From Acidobacteriota bacterium (GTDB lineage: Bacteria > Acidobacteriota > UBA890 > WLXD01), in assembly GCA_963666055.2 (NCBI GenBank), contig CAXWPH010000014.1, forward strand, positions 128,001 through 192,000: a stretch of 64,000 bases of DNA. Reading direction: 5' to 3'. The translations under genes were made by a program, and so were the position numbers. Positions within the stretch are counted from its first letter, which is position 1. The number at the start of each line of letters is the position of its first letter. Under the pieces are notes generated by a model. It worked only from the letters and a program-made list of their open reading frames with translations, did no database searches and was not told the origin of the DNA. Of this stretch, positions 10,292 to 20,630 are shown one piece after another.

Positions 10292-12778
10292 TCACAAGAG
10301 GCTCTGTGGGTCGATATCGATCACCAAGTCGCGTGGCAACCGGCGTGCCTGCCGCAAGCGTCGCATCGATCGCCTCAGATGGTCACTGAGATCACCTCGG
10401 GTGGCGGCCTTGAGCAGCAGCTGGACACGGTACTTACCGCGCAGCCTCGAGATTGCCGGCGACGCCGGACCAAGCACGTCGACTCCCTCCCCCGCATGAG
10501 CTCGTAGCGCGGCCGCCAAGCGGTCCGCATCCTCCTGCGCCGACGCGGCCAGCTTACCCCTGCAGACGCACGCTGCAAGCGCCACGAAGGGCGGATACCG
10601 CAGCCGTCGTCGATACTCGATCTCGCGCTCATAGAATGCCTCGAAGTCGTGGTGCATCGCCGCCTCGATGGCGTAGTGGTGCGGTTGGTGTGCCTGCAGC
10701 AGCACTTCTCCAACAACCTCGCCACGACCGGCGCGTCCCGCCATTTGCGTGAGCAGCTGGAAGGTCCGCTCGGCGGCGCGAAAGTCGGGCATCGACAATG
10801 CGGCGTCGGCACCGACGACACCGACCAGTGTTACGCCGGGAAAGTCGTGTCCCTTGGCCAGCATTTGAGTACCGACAAGCACGTCGATTTCGTGTTTCCC
10901 GAAGCGCGACAGAATACGTGCGTGGGCGCCCCGCCGCCGTGTCTGATCGGCGTCGAAGCGCTCGATGCGAGCGCCCGGAAAACGTTGCCGAAGAGCCTCC
11001 TGCAGACGTTCGGTGCCGTGGCCGAGGTCATGCAGCACAGACGCCCCGCAGGCAACGCACACGCTGGGCACCGGTGCGCGGTGATCGCAGTAGTGACACC
11101 GCAGCGTGCGGTCGGATCGATGCACCGTGAGGCTCACGGCACAATGAGGACACTCCACGCGCTCGCCACAGGCACGGCAGAGCAGAACCGTCGCAAACCC
11201 GCGCCGATTGAGCAGGATCAGCGCCTGCTCGCGGTGTTCCAAGCGTGCGGCGATACTCTCCTCGAGCCGCCTCGAAATAAGGCTCCGGCCGCACTCCTTC
11301 CACTCACGCCGCATGTCGACAAGGCTCACCGCAGGCATCGGTTGACGACGCACGCGGCACGGCAGGCGCAACAGCGTCCATGCGCCGGCCGATGTCTGAC
11401 GATAACTCTCGACCGCCGGAGTTGCTGATCCCATCAGCACCGCGGCACCCTCGAGGCGGGCGCGCCAGCAGGCGACGTCACGGCCGTTGTAGCGCGGCCG
11501 TTCGTCTTGCTTATAGGCGCCGTCCTGTTCCTCGTCGATGACGATGAGACCGACGTCGGCGAGTGGCGCGAATACTGCAGATCGCGGTCCCACCACCACA
11601 CGCGAATCGCCGCGTCGGACACGCCACCAGGCACGCGCGCGCGCTCCATCAGACATCCCGGAGTGGAGCACCGCGACCCGATCGCCGAGCACCGCCCGAG
11701 CGCGCTGCTCGAGCTGCGGTGTCAGGCCGATCTCCGGAACCAGCAGCAGCACCGAACGCCCGGCGCGCAGGGCGTGCGCAGCGGCGCGCAGATAGACCTC
11801 GGTCTTGCCGCTCCCGGTCACTCCGTGCAGCAACGCCGGGTGCAGCACGCGCTCGTCGATAGCGCGCTTCACTGTGCCCAGGGCAAGCTCCTGATCGGCG
11901 GTGAGGACGAAGCCGCCAGCCCCGCCGGCTCCGAGCTGCCAGGTCGTGGCTTCCTCTAACGGACGACGCTCGAGCTCGACCAACTCCTTGCGCTCGAGCG
12001 CCGACAAACACCGAATGGGCGATACCGAGGTGCTTGGTCATCGTCGCCGCATCGATGCGCCGTGACGACTCGGCTAGCAGGGCCTCCAGCGCGCGCCGCT
12101 GCGCCGGCGCGCGCTCGGTTGCCGCATAGGCCAATGTGACATCAACGCCAGCGCACAGTCGGGCGGTGATCCGGTGCGCCCCGGGCTCGGCGCCGCTCCA
12201 CTCATCGCGCACCTCGACGACACCGGCGGCGCTCAGCTCGTAGAGCGACGCGTGCACTGATTGCGGGCTCGTCCGTCGGCGTATCACCGAGGCGGTCACC
12301 CAGCGTGCCTCGGCGCCGACGGCACGCGCTGTCTCGAAGACGGAAAGGGCCGCCGGCGACAGTCGATCGTCGACCGCCGGAGCCCGCTCGATTCGCACTC
12401 GCCGGCCGGCCGACGGATCCTGGCTTCCCTGGCGGCAGGGCCAGCTGCGCCACCTCGCCGGGTCCGACCAGATACGTCGAGGCAATCTGTTGAATCAGCA
12501 CCAGCATGAGCGGGCCAATAACCGCGTCACGATCGAGGCAATCGTCCACGGTCCGCACCCGACGGGGATCGGACACCGTCGGGTGGCTCCTCGGCCGTTT
12601 CAACGATGACCCCCTGCAACTTGCGCCCGCCGAAACGCACACTCACCCGCATCCCGGGGATCGCCTGCGGCTCGAGCGCCTCCGGTACCCGGTAGGAGAA
12701 GACGTCGTCGACGGGCGCCGGCACAGCCACGAGCGCGTAGCGTGCCGCTTCGTCGTATAGCGAAGGCTGTCGCGTCAC
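10292..12778 (-). CDS. priA: Primosomal protein N' (PriA helicase), N-terminal part split over several frames
   Basis: N-terminal VAVPAPVDDVFSY..GMRVSVRFG; helicase LHGVTGSGKTEVY, LVPEI, IDEEQD, Cys-rich Zn motifs, GTQMLAKGHDFP and QMAGRAGR; about three frame changes between 12000 and 12570. Confidence 0.92.
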
Positions 12779-12830
12779 GCCCGCGGCTCGATCCGATGGG
12801 CGACCGACCGAGCCGTGAGCTTCGATCGAC

Positions 12831-13529
12831 TCAAGGCGCTGCGAGCCGCTCCATCACCACCTGCACGTCCTCCCACGTCTTGCCCTTGTCGGCCGGATTC
12901 CGGAGTAAGTACGCCGGGTGGTAGGTGCAGACCACGGGAATCCCTAGCCACTCGTGAACCCGACCACGCAACCGGCCGAGAGGCTCGCTCGTCTGGAGTA
13001 TCGATTGCGCTGCGACGCGCCCCAGGAGCACAATGATCTCCGGACGGATCGCCTCCACCTGGCGTCGCAGAAACGGGCCACACGCTTCGAGCTCGTCCGA
13101 TTCCGGGTTGCGATTGCGCGGCGGGCGACACTTGACAGCGTTGGCGATGTAGACCTCTTCACGCTGCAGCCCCATCGCCGTGATGATGCGATTGAGCATT
13201 TGCCCGGCGCGGCCCACGAAGGGCTCGCCTTGCAAGTCCTCATCGCGGCCAGGGCCTTCGCCAATGAACATCAGCCGGGCATGTGACGGGCCGACGCCGA
13301 ACACTACGTTCGTACGTCCCTCGCAGAGCTTGCACAAAGTGCATCCGGCCGATTCCGCGGCGATCTCCTCGAGGCTTTCTCCTCCTGACGCGCCCGCCAG
13401 TACTGTGGGACCCTCCACCGGACTCCGCGTCTCGGTCTCCAGGCCCCAGACCCCCTCGCGCTCAAGGGTTTCCAAATGCACAACGAGATGGCGCCGAATG
13501 CCGTCGTCGGTCGGGCCGGAGCCGGTCAC
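12831..13529 (-). CDS. Uracil-DNA glycosylase family 4 (4Fe-4S)
   Basis: CTLCKLC, VVFGVG, FIGEGPG..ED.QGEPFVGRAG, NAVKCRPP and TYHPAYLLR; probable GTG start overlapping a TGA at 13526-13529. Confidence 0.9.
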   Translation of the reverse strand: MTGSGPTDDGIRRHLVVHLETLEREGVWGLETETRSPVEGPTVLAGASGGESLEEIAAESAGCTLCKLCEGRTNVVFGVGPSHARLMFIGEGPGRDEDLQGEPFVGRAGQMLNRIITAMGLQREEVYIANAVKCRPPRNRNPESDELEACGPFLRRQVEAIRPEIIVLLGRVAAQSILQTSEPLGRLRGRVHEWLGIPVVCTYHPAYLLRNPADKGKTWEDVQVVMERLAAP

Positions 13530-14759
13530 GAGCTCGCCTCGGCGCGGTAAGCGAGAAACCGCCTCCCACACGGCACCAGCGATCTCGGCCTTCGACGCGG
13601 GCCCGACTTGCGCCCGCCCGCCACGTCGGTCGAGGATGACCACTTCGTTTTCGTCAGCTCCCATGCCACGGCCGGTGGCGTCAACGAGGTTGCCGACGAT
13701 GAGATCACATCCTTTTTGCTCCATTTTGCCCAGCGCCTGCGCCTCGAGGTCACGCGTCTCGGCAGCGAATCCCACCAGCAGCGGCGGGGCCGATCGGGTG
13801 CCCAGTTCCGCGAGAATGTCGACGGTACGCGTCAGCTCGAGTTGAAGCGAGTCCGATCCGGCTTTCTTGATCTTGTCGGCGGCCGGTGTGGGAACGGTGA
13901 AGTCACAGACCGCCGCGGCCATGATGACGATGTCGCAACTATCCACGGCGTCAAACACTGCTGCCGCCATTTGCGACGCACTTTCGACCCGCTCCACCAG
14001 CGCACCCGGAGGGTCAAGCAAGCAGGTCGGACCCGACACCAGGCGCACACGCGCGCCGAGCAGCGCGGCCTCGGCGGCGATGGCATAGCCCATCTTGCCG
14101 CTAGAGCGGTTCGTAAGGACTCGAACCGGGTCCAGCGCCTCACGCGTAGGGCCGGCGGTGACCAAGACGCCGACGCCCTGCAAAGGCCGCACCGTCGCAC
14201 GTTCGCTCAGCAGTGGAGTAGCCGCTGCGACGATCTCGTTGGGCTCTGACATGCGCCCCGGCCCCTGTCGCCCGGACGCCAGCGCGCCGCTACGCGGGCC
14301 CACCACCTGGACGCCGCGTTGGCGTAGCAACTCCAGATTTCTCTGCACCGCCGGCTGCCGATACATATCGTCTTCCATCGCCGGAGCAACGAGCACCCGG
14401 CCGGCCGCCGCCAACAGTAAGGTCGAAGGGAAGTCGTCGCCGATACCGTGCGCCATCTTGGCGATGAAGCTCGCGGTCGCAGGAGCCACGCATACGAGGT
14501 CGGCTCGCTCGGCCCACCGCACATGCGGGATCTGCTCGGGCGACGGATCGTCAAATAGCGAGGCGACCACACGATTGCCCGAGAGCGCAGCGAAGGTCCG
14601 CGGTGCGACAAACTTTGTCGCTGCTGGCGTCATGGCGACGTGCACATCGGCGCCCGCGTCACGGAATCGCCGTACCACCTCGCACGCCTTGTAGGCGGCG
14701 ATACCGCCGCTTACCACCAGCACTACTTGTAACTGGCGCGCCTTCGACTCAGCGCTCAT
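13526..14759 (-). CDS. coaBC: Bifunctional phosphopantothenoylcysteine decarboxylase/synthetase
   Basis: VSGGIAAYKA, PATASFIAK, APAM, VTAGPTREALDPVR.LTNRSSGKMG, AAAVCDF and VGFAAET; reads in frame with UDG in this assembly. Confidence 0.94.
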
Positions 14760-14803
14760 GGCGTTCAGGCAGGCCTGGCGCTTGTAGCCGCCGCCTGCTG
14801 CTC

Positions 14804-15037
14804 CTATTCGGCGCTTTCCTTTTCCCCAACCGCCTCTTGCAATCCAGCGGTCACGAGGTCGGCGGCTTTGGGATCACGCAGCTCCCACGGGACCACTCCG
14901 GCGCGTACCTCCTGGATCGCCAGCGTGCTGTACTTGCGAGCGTTGGAGTCGACCTTGGGCCGCGCTCCTCGCATCAACTGCAAGCAACGCTTGGCCGCGA
15001 CTTCGACGAATAGATACTCGCTGTCTGGCATGCTCAT
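14804..15037 (-). CDS. rpoZ: RNA polymerase omega subunit
   Basis: SEYLFVEVAAKRCLQLMRGARP...LAIQEV; lies between gmk and coaBC. Confidence 0.85.
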   Translation of the reverse strand: MSMPDSEYLFVEVAAKRCLQLMRGARPKVDSNARKYSTLAIQEVRAGVVPWELRDPKAADLVTAGLQEAVGEKESAE

Positions 15038-15069
15038 CTTTGCTCCAACGCGTTCTGCCCGTGATTGGG

Positions 15070-15711
15070 CTACCCCTGTGCCGAACACCGGAAAGCTGCG
15101 AGGATAGCCTCAGCCTCCCCGACCCGTCGGGCCTGTCGACTGCGCTCAGCCCGCACGATTCCCTCGAGCTCGGCAACGGCGGTTTCAAACTCGTCATTGA
15201 CGATAACGTAATCGTAGCTCAGATATTGCTCGATTTCGTGCACTGCCACTGTGAGTCGGGCCGCTTGATCAGCCTGTCGCCCCAGATCGGATCCATCGCG
15301 GCGCCGGAGACGCCGCTGCAGAGCCTGCAGAGACGGCGGCAGCACGAAGATGGTGACGGCGGTGTCGAGCGCCTCACGGACGGCAGCGGCCCCTTGAACA
15401 TCGATGACCAAGACCGCGTCGTTCCCTGCGGACTGGATGCGATCAATCTCCGCCCGTGGCGTGCCGTATTGGTGACCGTGCACCTCGGCCCACTCGAGGA
15501 ACGCTCCCGCCTGTCGACGCCGGTCGAACTCCTCCGCGTCGAGAAAGTAATACTCGCGCCCATCCTGCTCGTCAGGGCGCGGCGCACGGGTAGTGGCGGA
15601 AACGGTTCGCTCTAGCCGTTCGACCCGGCCGAGCACAGCATCGGCCAACGAGGTCTTACCGGTGCCGGAGGGCGCCGACACCACAAAGCAGAACGGAACG
15701 TCCTCACTCAA
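15070..15711 (-). CDS. gmk: Guanylate kinase
   Basis: VVSAPSGTGKTS, SATTRAPR..EQDGREYYF, EWAEVHGHQYGT, IDVQGA and FVLPPS. Confidence 0.95.
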   Translation of the reverse strand: MSEDVPFCFVVSAPSGTGKTSLADAVLGRVERLERTVSATTRAPRPDEQDGREYYFLDAEEFDRRRQAGAFLEWAEVHGHQYGTPRAEIDRIQSAGNDAVLVIDVQGAAAVREALDTAVTIFVLPPSLQALQRRLRRRDGSDLGRQADQAARLTVAVHEIEQYLSYDYVIVNDEFETAVAELEGIVRAERSRQARRVGEAEAILAAFRCSAQG

Positions 15712-16582
15712 TGTTCTGTATCTGCTCACGAATACGCTCGAGCTCGGCCTTGAGCTCCACCACGGTTTCAGCAACGACGAGGTCCTTGACCTTGGATGCA
15801 ACCGTGTTGAGCTCGCGGTGAACTTCCTGAACGAGGAAGTCCAGCGTACGTCCGACGGGCTCGTCGCGCTGTAACAGGTCCTCGAGCTTCGCCAGATGCG
15901 AGCGCAATCGGACGACCTCCTCGGTAACGTCGGCGCGCTCTGCATGGTACGCGGCTTCCTGCACGATCCGGTCCTCATCGACGGCCACCCCGGTGTCTAC
16001 GAGCAGGCCCTGAATGCGCTCCCGCAACTGATCGCGAATGCGGGCGGGCAATTCCTGCGCCGCCACTGCGATGGCCTCCACCCCGGCACTGAGCGTCGCA
16101 GCGCGGGTGGCAAGATCGGCTACGAGATGCTCCCCTTCGCGACAGCGCATAGCATCCAGGGCGTCGAGGGCCTGGCCGGCGGCACGATCTAGAAGCTGCC
16201 GCAGCTCTTCCGCGTCCGCCGCGCTGGCGCCGTCGACAACGACACCCGGGAGCGCCAGCAGGGTCTGGAGGTCGGGCGCAAACGGCGTACCCAGCTCTTC
16301 GGCGACATCTTGTAGTTCGCCCAGCCAATGACTCAGCAGATCGCGACGGATGTGCGGCGCGCCCGCCCCGGCACCGCCGAGCGTCGCGGACAGGTCAACT
16401 TTGCCGCGGTGGACGCGCGCCAGCACGCGACGGCGCACCGGCTCCTCGAACGCCGCCAGCATGCCCGGCAGGCGCAGCGAAACACGGCAATACCTGTGGT
16501 TTACGGCGCGAACCTCGACGGTGAGTTGCAGATTCTCCGACGAAGCCTCGCCGCGCCCGTGACCGCTCATACTCCGAACCAT
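15704..16582 (-). CDS. yicC: YicC/YloC family endoribonuclease
   Basis: MVRSMSGHG, EVRAVNHRY, RGKVD, DVTEEVVRL.SH, GRTLDFLVQE.HRELNT and IREQIQNIE. Confidence 0.92.
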   Translation of the reverse strand: MVRSMSGHGRGEASSENLQLTVEVRAVNHRYCRVSLRLPGMLAAFEEPVRRRVLARVHRGKVDLSATLGGAGAGAPHIRRDLLSHWLGELQDVAEELGTPFAPDLQTLLALPGVVVDGASAADAEELRQLLDRAAGQALDALDAMRCREGEHLVADLATRAATLSAGVEAIAVAAQELPARIRDQLRERIQGLLVDTGVAVDEDRIVQEAAYHAERADVTEEVVRLRSHLAKLEDLLQRDEPVGRTLDFLVQEVHRELNTVASKVKDLVVAETVVELKAELERIREQIQNIE

Positions 16583-16661
16583 GGCGGGCCATGTTAGCAG
16601 GACGCCGCCCTATCTCGTTGCGCGGTTCGACGTAACTCCGAGCTGGTGGAAGAGTGGCAGG

Positions 16662-18596
16662 CTAGTCCAGTCCGAAGGCCAGCAACACATTCCCCGGCGC
16701 GCCGCCGAGAATCGCGTAGCCGGAGCCCATGAACATCATCCCGTCGACGATCGTCGGCGCGCCGCCACCAATTCCACCGCCGAAGCCCGCCACACCGTTC
16801 ACGGTCTCGAACTCGCGCTGGGTGGGATACTCCCAGAGAATCGTACCGTCCTCGGACGAGTACGAACGCAGGACGCCGTTCCACGATCCGGTCAACACGG
16901 CGCCGGGGATAGCGCTCGCCGACGACCAGTTGGCCGACGAACACTGCCTCGCCTCAGGATCCGGACAGTCGTCCGGCTTCTCGAGCTCCGTGTACCAAAC
17001 GCGGGAGCCATCGGCTGGGCGTATCGCCGCGATAGCACCGGTCCCGTCGCGGAACGGCAGCGGCTTGAAGTAGTACTCACCGTCGAAGGCACCTCCGAAG
17101 CCGCCGTTGGCCGCCGCCAGCCTGTCGCCGGCCTGGGAGACCCAAAGGATGGCCCCGTTGTTGTCGGGATCGAGGGCGGTCATCCGCCCGCTCTCCTGTC
17201 CGGTGATGATCATGCGGCGACCGTCAGGTGCGGTGTACAGCACCGGCGCCCCCGACGGGTCATCGTCCGGATCGTTGACGTAGCCGGGGCAGTTGAGCCG
17301 CATCTCCTCCGGAGTCCGACCGCACCCGCCCCCGTGTCGATCCATCGGCACGAGCTGCGTCGACCATTGCCGCGCCCCGGTGTCCATGTCGAACGCCATG
17401 ATGGAGACGCAGGCACCACCGTCGAATCCGGCCTTCTGCTCGAAGAACTCCGAGATGTAGCAGGTTCCGGCAGCGGCGTAGACGCGGCGCAGCTTGAGAT
17501 CGATCGTCGGTGCGTTCCAGACCGCGGCACCGGCTGGCCCGTAAAGCTGCGTGCCCGCCGAGTTCCTGCGCAGCGGACGCGGACGCTCGGTCATCGTAAA
17601 CGTCTTCCACACTGCTTTCCCGGTGTTCACGTTGATCGCCGTGAGGCTGCCCTGGAACTTGCAGCACTCGTAGGTCAGCTGCCGTCCGGGGATCTGCTCC
17701 CACGACGAGACCCCGACGTAGAGATGGCCGCCGGGCGAAGGATCGAGCGTCGGCGGGCCGGTGATCTTGGCGGCCTGGTGGTCGTCGGGAAGCAACGACC
17801 AGAGCTCCTCGCCGGTCTCCGCGTTGACCGCGGTGACATACCCCATGTAGTCGCCGAAATAGGCGGCGTAACGAACCCCGGAGATCTCCGTGATCTCGCC
17901 GATGCTCACCGCCGTGCGAACCTGCCCCGGTGCCTCGTACGACCAGTGTATGCAGCCCGTCTTGGCATCCAGCGCATACACGAAGTTGTTGTCGCTGCCG
18001 ATGAACAACGCCCCGCCGACAACCGTCGGCTGCGTCCACGCAGCCGAGGCCGCACCTGGAATCGCGAACGCCCACTTGAGCTTCAGCTGCGACATGTGCG
18101 AGGCGGTCAATCCGCCGGCTTCCTGCGGCTGGAACCGGTAGGACTTCGTCGGATCGGGAGTCCAACCGTTCCAACTCGGCTGCTCGAATGGATCGTCCAA
18201 GCTCAGAGGGCTGCTACACGGGTTGCTCATGGCCGCCGCGGTGCGGTCGGCAGTGCCGCCGAACGGCTTGCCGGTCACCAGCTCCGCCATCGCCCGTAGC
18301 TGTGCCTCACTGAAGCCGTCCGCAAACTCCACCATCGGCCCGGTCGTAAGGGCGGCAAGCACGCGCTCCGGCTCCAACAGCCGAAGCGTTTGCCGGCTGG
18401 GTGCCATGCTGTCAGGGCTGCGGTTGTCGTGACAGGAGGCACATCTCCCCTCAAAGGGCGACACCATGCTTGCGGTGGAGGCCACCGCGGGGGGCTCCTG
18501 TTGGGCCCAGGCAGGCGCGGAAAGCGACTGCACCATCAACGCGGACAACGCGAGAATCGCCGTCAAGGTGCCCGTCAACAACACTCTTCTCAACAT
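16662..18596 (-). CDS. Exported PQQ-dependent quinohemoprotein dehydrogenase (polyvinyl-alcohol dehydrogenase-like)
   Basis: Signal peptide; heme c motif CASCH; LKLKWAF and VYALDAKTGCIHW beta-propeller repeats; YECCKFQGS and GPAGAAVW; C-terminal GNVLLAF. Confidence 0.85.
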   Translation of the reverse strand: MLRRVLLTGTLTAILALSALMVQSLSAPAWAQQEPPAVASTASMVSPFEGRCASCHDNRSPDSMAPSRQTLRLLEPERVLAALTTGPMVEFADGFSEAQLRAMAELVTGKPFGGTADRTAAAMSNPCSSPLSLDDPFEQPSWNGWTPDPTKSYRFQPQEAGGLTASHMSQLKLKWAFAIPGAASAAWTQPTVVGGALFIGSDNNFVYALDAKTGCIHWSYEAPGQVRTAVSIGEITEISGVRYAAYFGDYMGYVTAVNAETGEELWSLLPDDHQAAKITGPPTLDPSPGGHLYVGVSSWEQIPGRQLTYECCKFQGSLTAINVNTGKAVWKTFTMTERPRPLRRNSAGTQLYGPAGAAVWNAPTIDLKLRRVYAAAGTCYISEFFEQKAGFDGGACVSIMAFDMDTGARQWSTQLVPMDRHGGGCGRTPEEMRLNCPGYVNDPDDDPSGAPVLYTAPDGRRMIITGQESGRMTALDPDNNGAILWVSQAGDRLAAANGGFGGAFDGEYYFKPLPFRDGTGAIAAIRPADGSRVWYTELEKPDDCPDPEARQCSSANWSSASAIPGAVLTGSWNGVLRSYSSEDGTILWEYPTQREFETVNGVAGFGGGIGGGAPTIVDGMMFMGSGYAILGGAPGNVLLAFGLD

Positions 18597-18738
18597 CAGA
18601 GGCCTCCAGCCTTTGCGACTTTGGTCGTGCGCAGTTTGCAGCACGCTGCATCGTAGGGACCCGTAAGCGACAGGGCAAGTACGGCGCTGATCTCTTCCGA
18701 CTGCAGCGACCCGCCGCGCGCCGTGGATTGCGCCGGGC

Positions 18739-19998
18739 TCAGCTCAGCGCCTCCCAAAGGTCGAGCACCGCCAAGGCCATCACCCGCGTCGAGGTAATGA
18801 TGTCGTCGACAGCGCAAGACTCGTCCGCCTGATGGGCCTGCTCGAGCTCACCAGGACCATAGGCGATACAGCTGTCGACACCCGCGATTCCGGACACGTG
18901 CTTGTGGTCGTAGGTCCCGGGGCTGGCGACCAACTGCGCCGGTTGCCCGACGATCTCGAAGACGGCGCGCTCGAACGACTGCACCAGCGGCGAATCCGCC
19001 GGGGTTGCCGTTGGCTGCACAACGAGCAAGTCCACGAGCTCGAACGCGTCCGCTTCGGGCTCGATGCTGGCGAGCAGCTGCACGATCTCCAGCTTGACCT
19101 CGTCAAACGCCTCCTCGGACAAGAATCGCCGGTCGAAGGTCGCAGAACAGCGGTCGGGAACGCAAGGTGTTTGAGCTGCCGGTCCCGTCTGGCCTCCCTC
19201 GATCGCGTTGACGTTGATGCTGGCGCAGCGCGATCCTTCCGGGACGATCGGCACTCGTGTAACTCGATCTCTCAAGGCCGGCGCCAGGCGGGTGCGAACC
19301 GCTTCGAGGAAGGGCTGCAGACGATCGATAGCGTTGACACCCAGGAACGGCATCGAACCATGTGCCATCATGCCGTTGGCCGTGACCCGGAACCAATAGA
19401 CACCACGATGCCCAAGGCAAACACGGTCGATTCCAAACGGCTCCGGGATCACCACGTGATCGGTGCGGTGCGCGGCGATGCGGCCGATTTTCGCCAGATG
19501 AGCTACGCCGGCCTGGCCGCCGCTTTCTTCGTCGACGGTGCCGCTGACCTCCAATCGCCCGATACGCTGCACCCCGGCGCGGCGTATCGACTCGACGGCA
19601 AAGAGCGCCGCTGCCAGACCTGCCTTCATGTCCGCGCTGCCGCGGCCATACAACCGACCGTTGGCAACCTTGCCGCCGAACGGGTCGACCGTCCAGCCCT
19701 CACCGGGGGGCACCACGTCGAAGTGCCCATTGAAGTGCACGCATGGTCCGGGCGAATCTCCTTCCAACATCCCGACGACGTTGGGTCGGGGAAGGTCCTC
19801 CGGTTGCTGAGAGACTTGGAAAAATTCGACCTCCATTCCGGCGCGCCGCAGATGGTCGGCGATGAGCTCGGCCGCCGCGCGGTACTCTTCGCCGGGCGGG
19901 TTGACCGTCGGGATACGAACGAGCTCGGCGGCGAAGGCGGTGATCTCGTCCGCGGCCGCCTCAACTTCGCGAAGTACCCGTTCCCACACGTTTGTCAT
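18739..19998 (-). CDS. M20 family amidohydrolase (ArgE/DapE-like)
   Basis: IPTVNPPG, HFNGHFDVVP, LYGRGSADMKAG, VDEESGG, VIPEP and YGPG..EQAHQADE. Confidence 0.9.
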   Translation of the reverse strand: MTNVWERVLREVEAAADEITAFAAELVRIPTVNPPGEEYRAAAELIADHLRRAGMEVEFFQVSQQPEDLPRPNVVGMLEGDSPGPCVHFNGHFDVVPPGEGWTVDPFGGKVANGRLYGRGSADMKAGLAAALFAVESIRRAGVQRIGRLEVSGTVDEESGGQAGVAHLAKIGRIAAHRTDHVVIPEPFGIDRVCLGHRGVYWFRVTANGMMAHGSMPFLGVNAIDRLQPFLEAVRTRLAPALRDRVTRVPIVPEGSRCASINVNAIEGGQTGPAAQTPCVPDRCSATFDRRFLSEEAFDEVKLEIVQLLASIEPEADAFELVDLLVVQPTATPADSPLVQSFERAVFEIVGQPAQLVASPGTYDHKHVSGIAGVDSCIAYGPGELEQAHQADESCAVDDIITSTRVMALAVLDLWEALS

Positions 19999-20075
19999 TG
20001 GTGGCCTTGGCCCGTCGGTGGAGTCATTTCTTGAGTACCGTTCGCCCTAACATACTTGCGCACGAACGACGGAGC

Positions 20076-20355
20076 CTAGCAGGCCGTGGTGAAAGTGTGG
20101 TGGGTCTGGCGACAGGGTCTTGCGAAGTGCAGGCAAGGAGAGAGGAGGAGGCGAATGGGTACCCCATCGTTGACGAGGAACGACGCAGCATACGCGCGCA
20201 ACCCCCTGTCGCCCGAAGGGTTACGGCGATTTGGGGCCATTTGCGACGTTGGCCTTTCTGGACGATGGCTAGGGCATCGCCTGTGTCAGGCCGCCTTGCA
20301 TCTGGCCCCAACTCGCCGTAACCAGACCCACCACACTTTCACCACGGCCTGCTAG
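20076..20355. mobile_element. MITE-like element family A, copy 1 (280 bp, CTAG-flanked)
   Basis: Perfect 34-bp terminal inverted repeat CTAGCAGGCCGTGGTGAAAGTGTGGTGGGTCTGG / CCAGACCCACCACACTTTCACCACGGCCTGCTAG; further copies at 39033 and 49068; no transposase inside. Confidence 0.85.
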
Positions 20356-20629
20356 TGGCCTGTAACAGATGATCGTTGCATATCGCAGATGGGATTTGCG
20401 GGTGAGATCAAGGCGCGGCGAGGAAGGCGATGCAATGGCCATCGTCGACGAGGCGCAACGCCGAGATCGCCCGCAACTGCCCATCTGTCCGCAGGATGGC
20501 GGCGAAATCGGCCCGTCTGCGGCGTTGCTCCTCCTCCACGATGGGCAAACATCGTCTCGTCGTCGCGCCTGGCATCCGCACCCATTTCGCCACCACGAGT
20601 TGCAACGATCATCTGTTACAGGCCACTAG
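20352..20629. mobile_element. MITE-like element family B (278 bp), abutting family A through a shared CTAG
   Basis: Perfect 29-bp terminal inverted repeat CTAGTGGCCTGTAACAGATGATCGTTGCA / TGCAACGATCATCTGTTACAGGCCACTAG; two internal hairpin arms. Confidence 0.8.
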
Positions 20630-20630
20630 C

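Noticed and set aside
20076-20629. CRISPR array or protein-coding small ORFs in the repeat region
   Set aside because: The repeats are inverted termini, not direct repeats with spacers. The short ORFs lie inside the elements and have no protein motifs.
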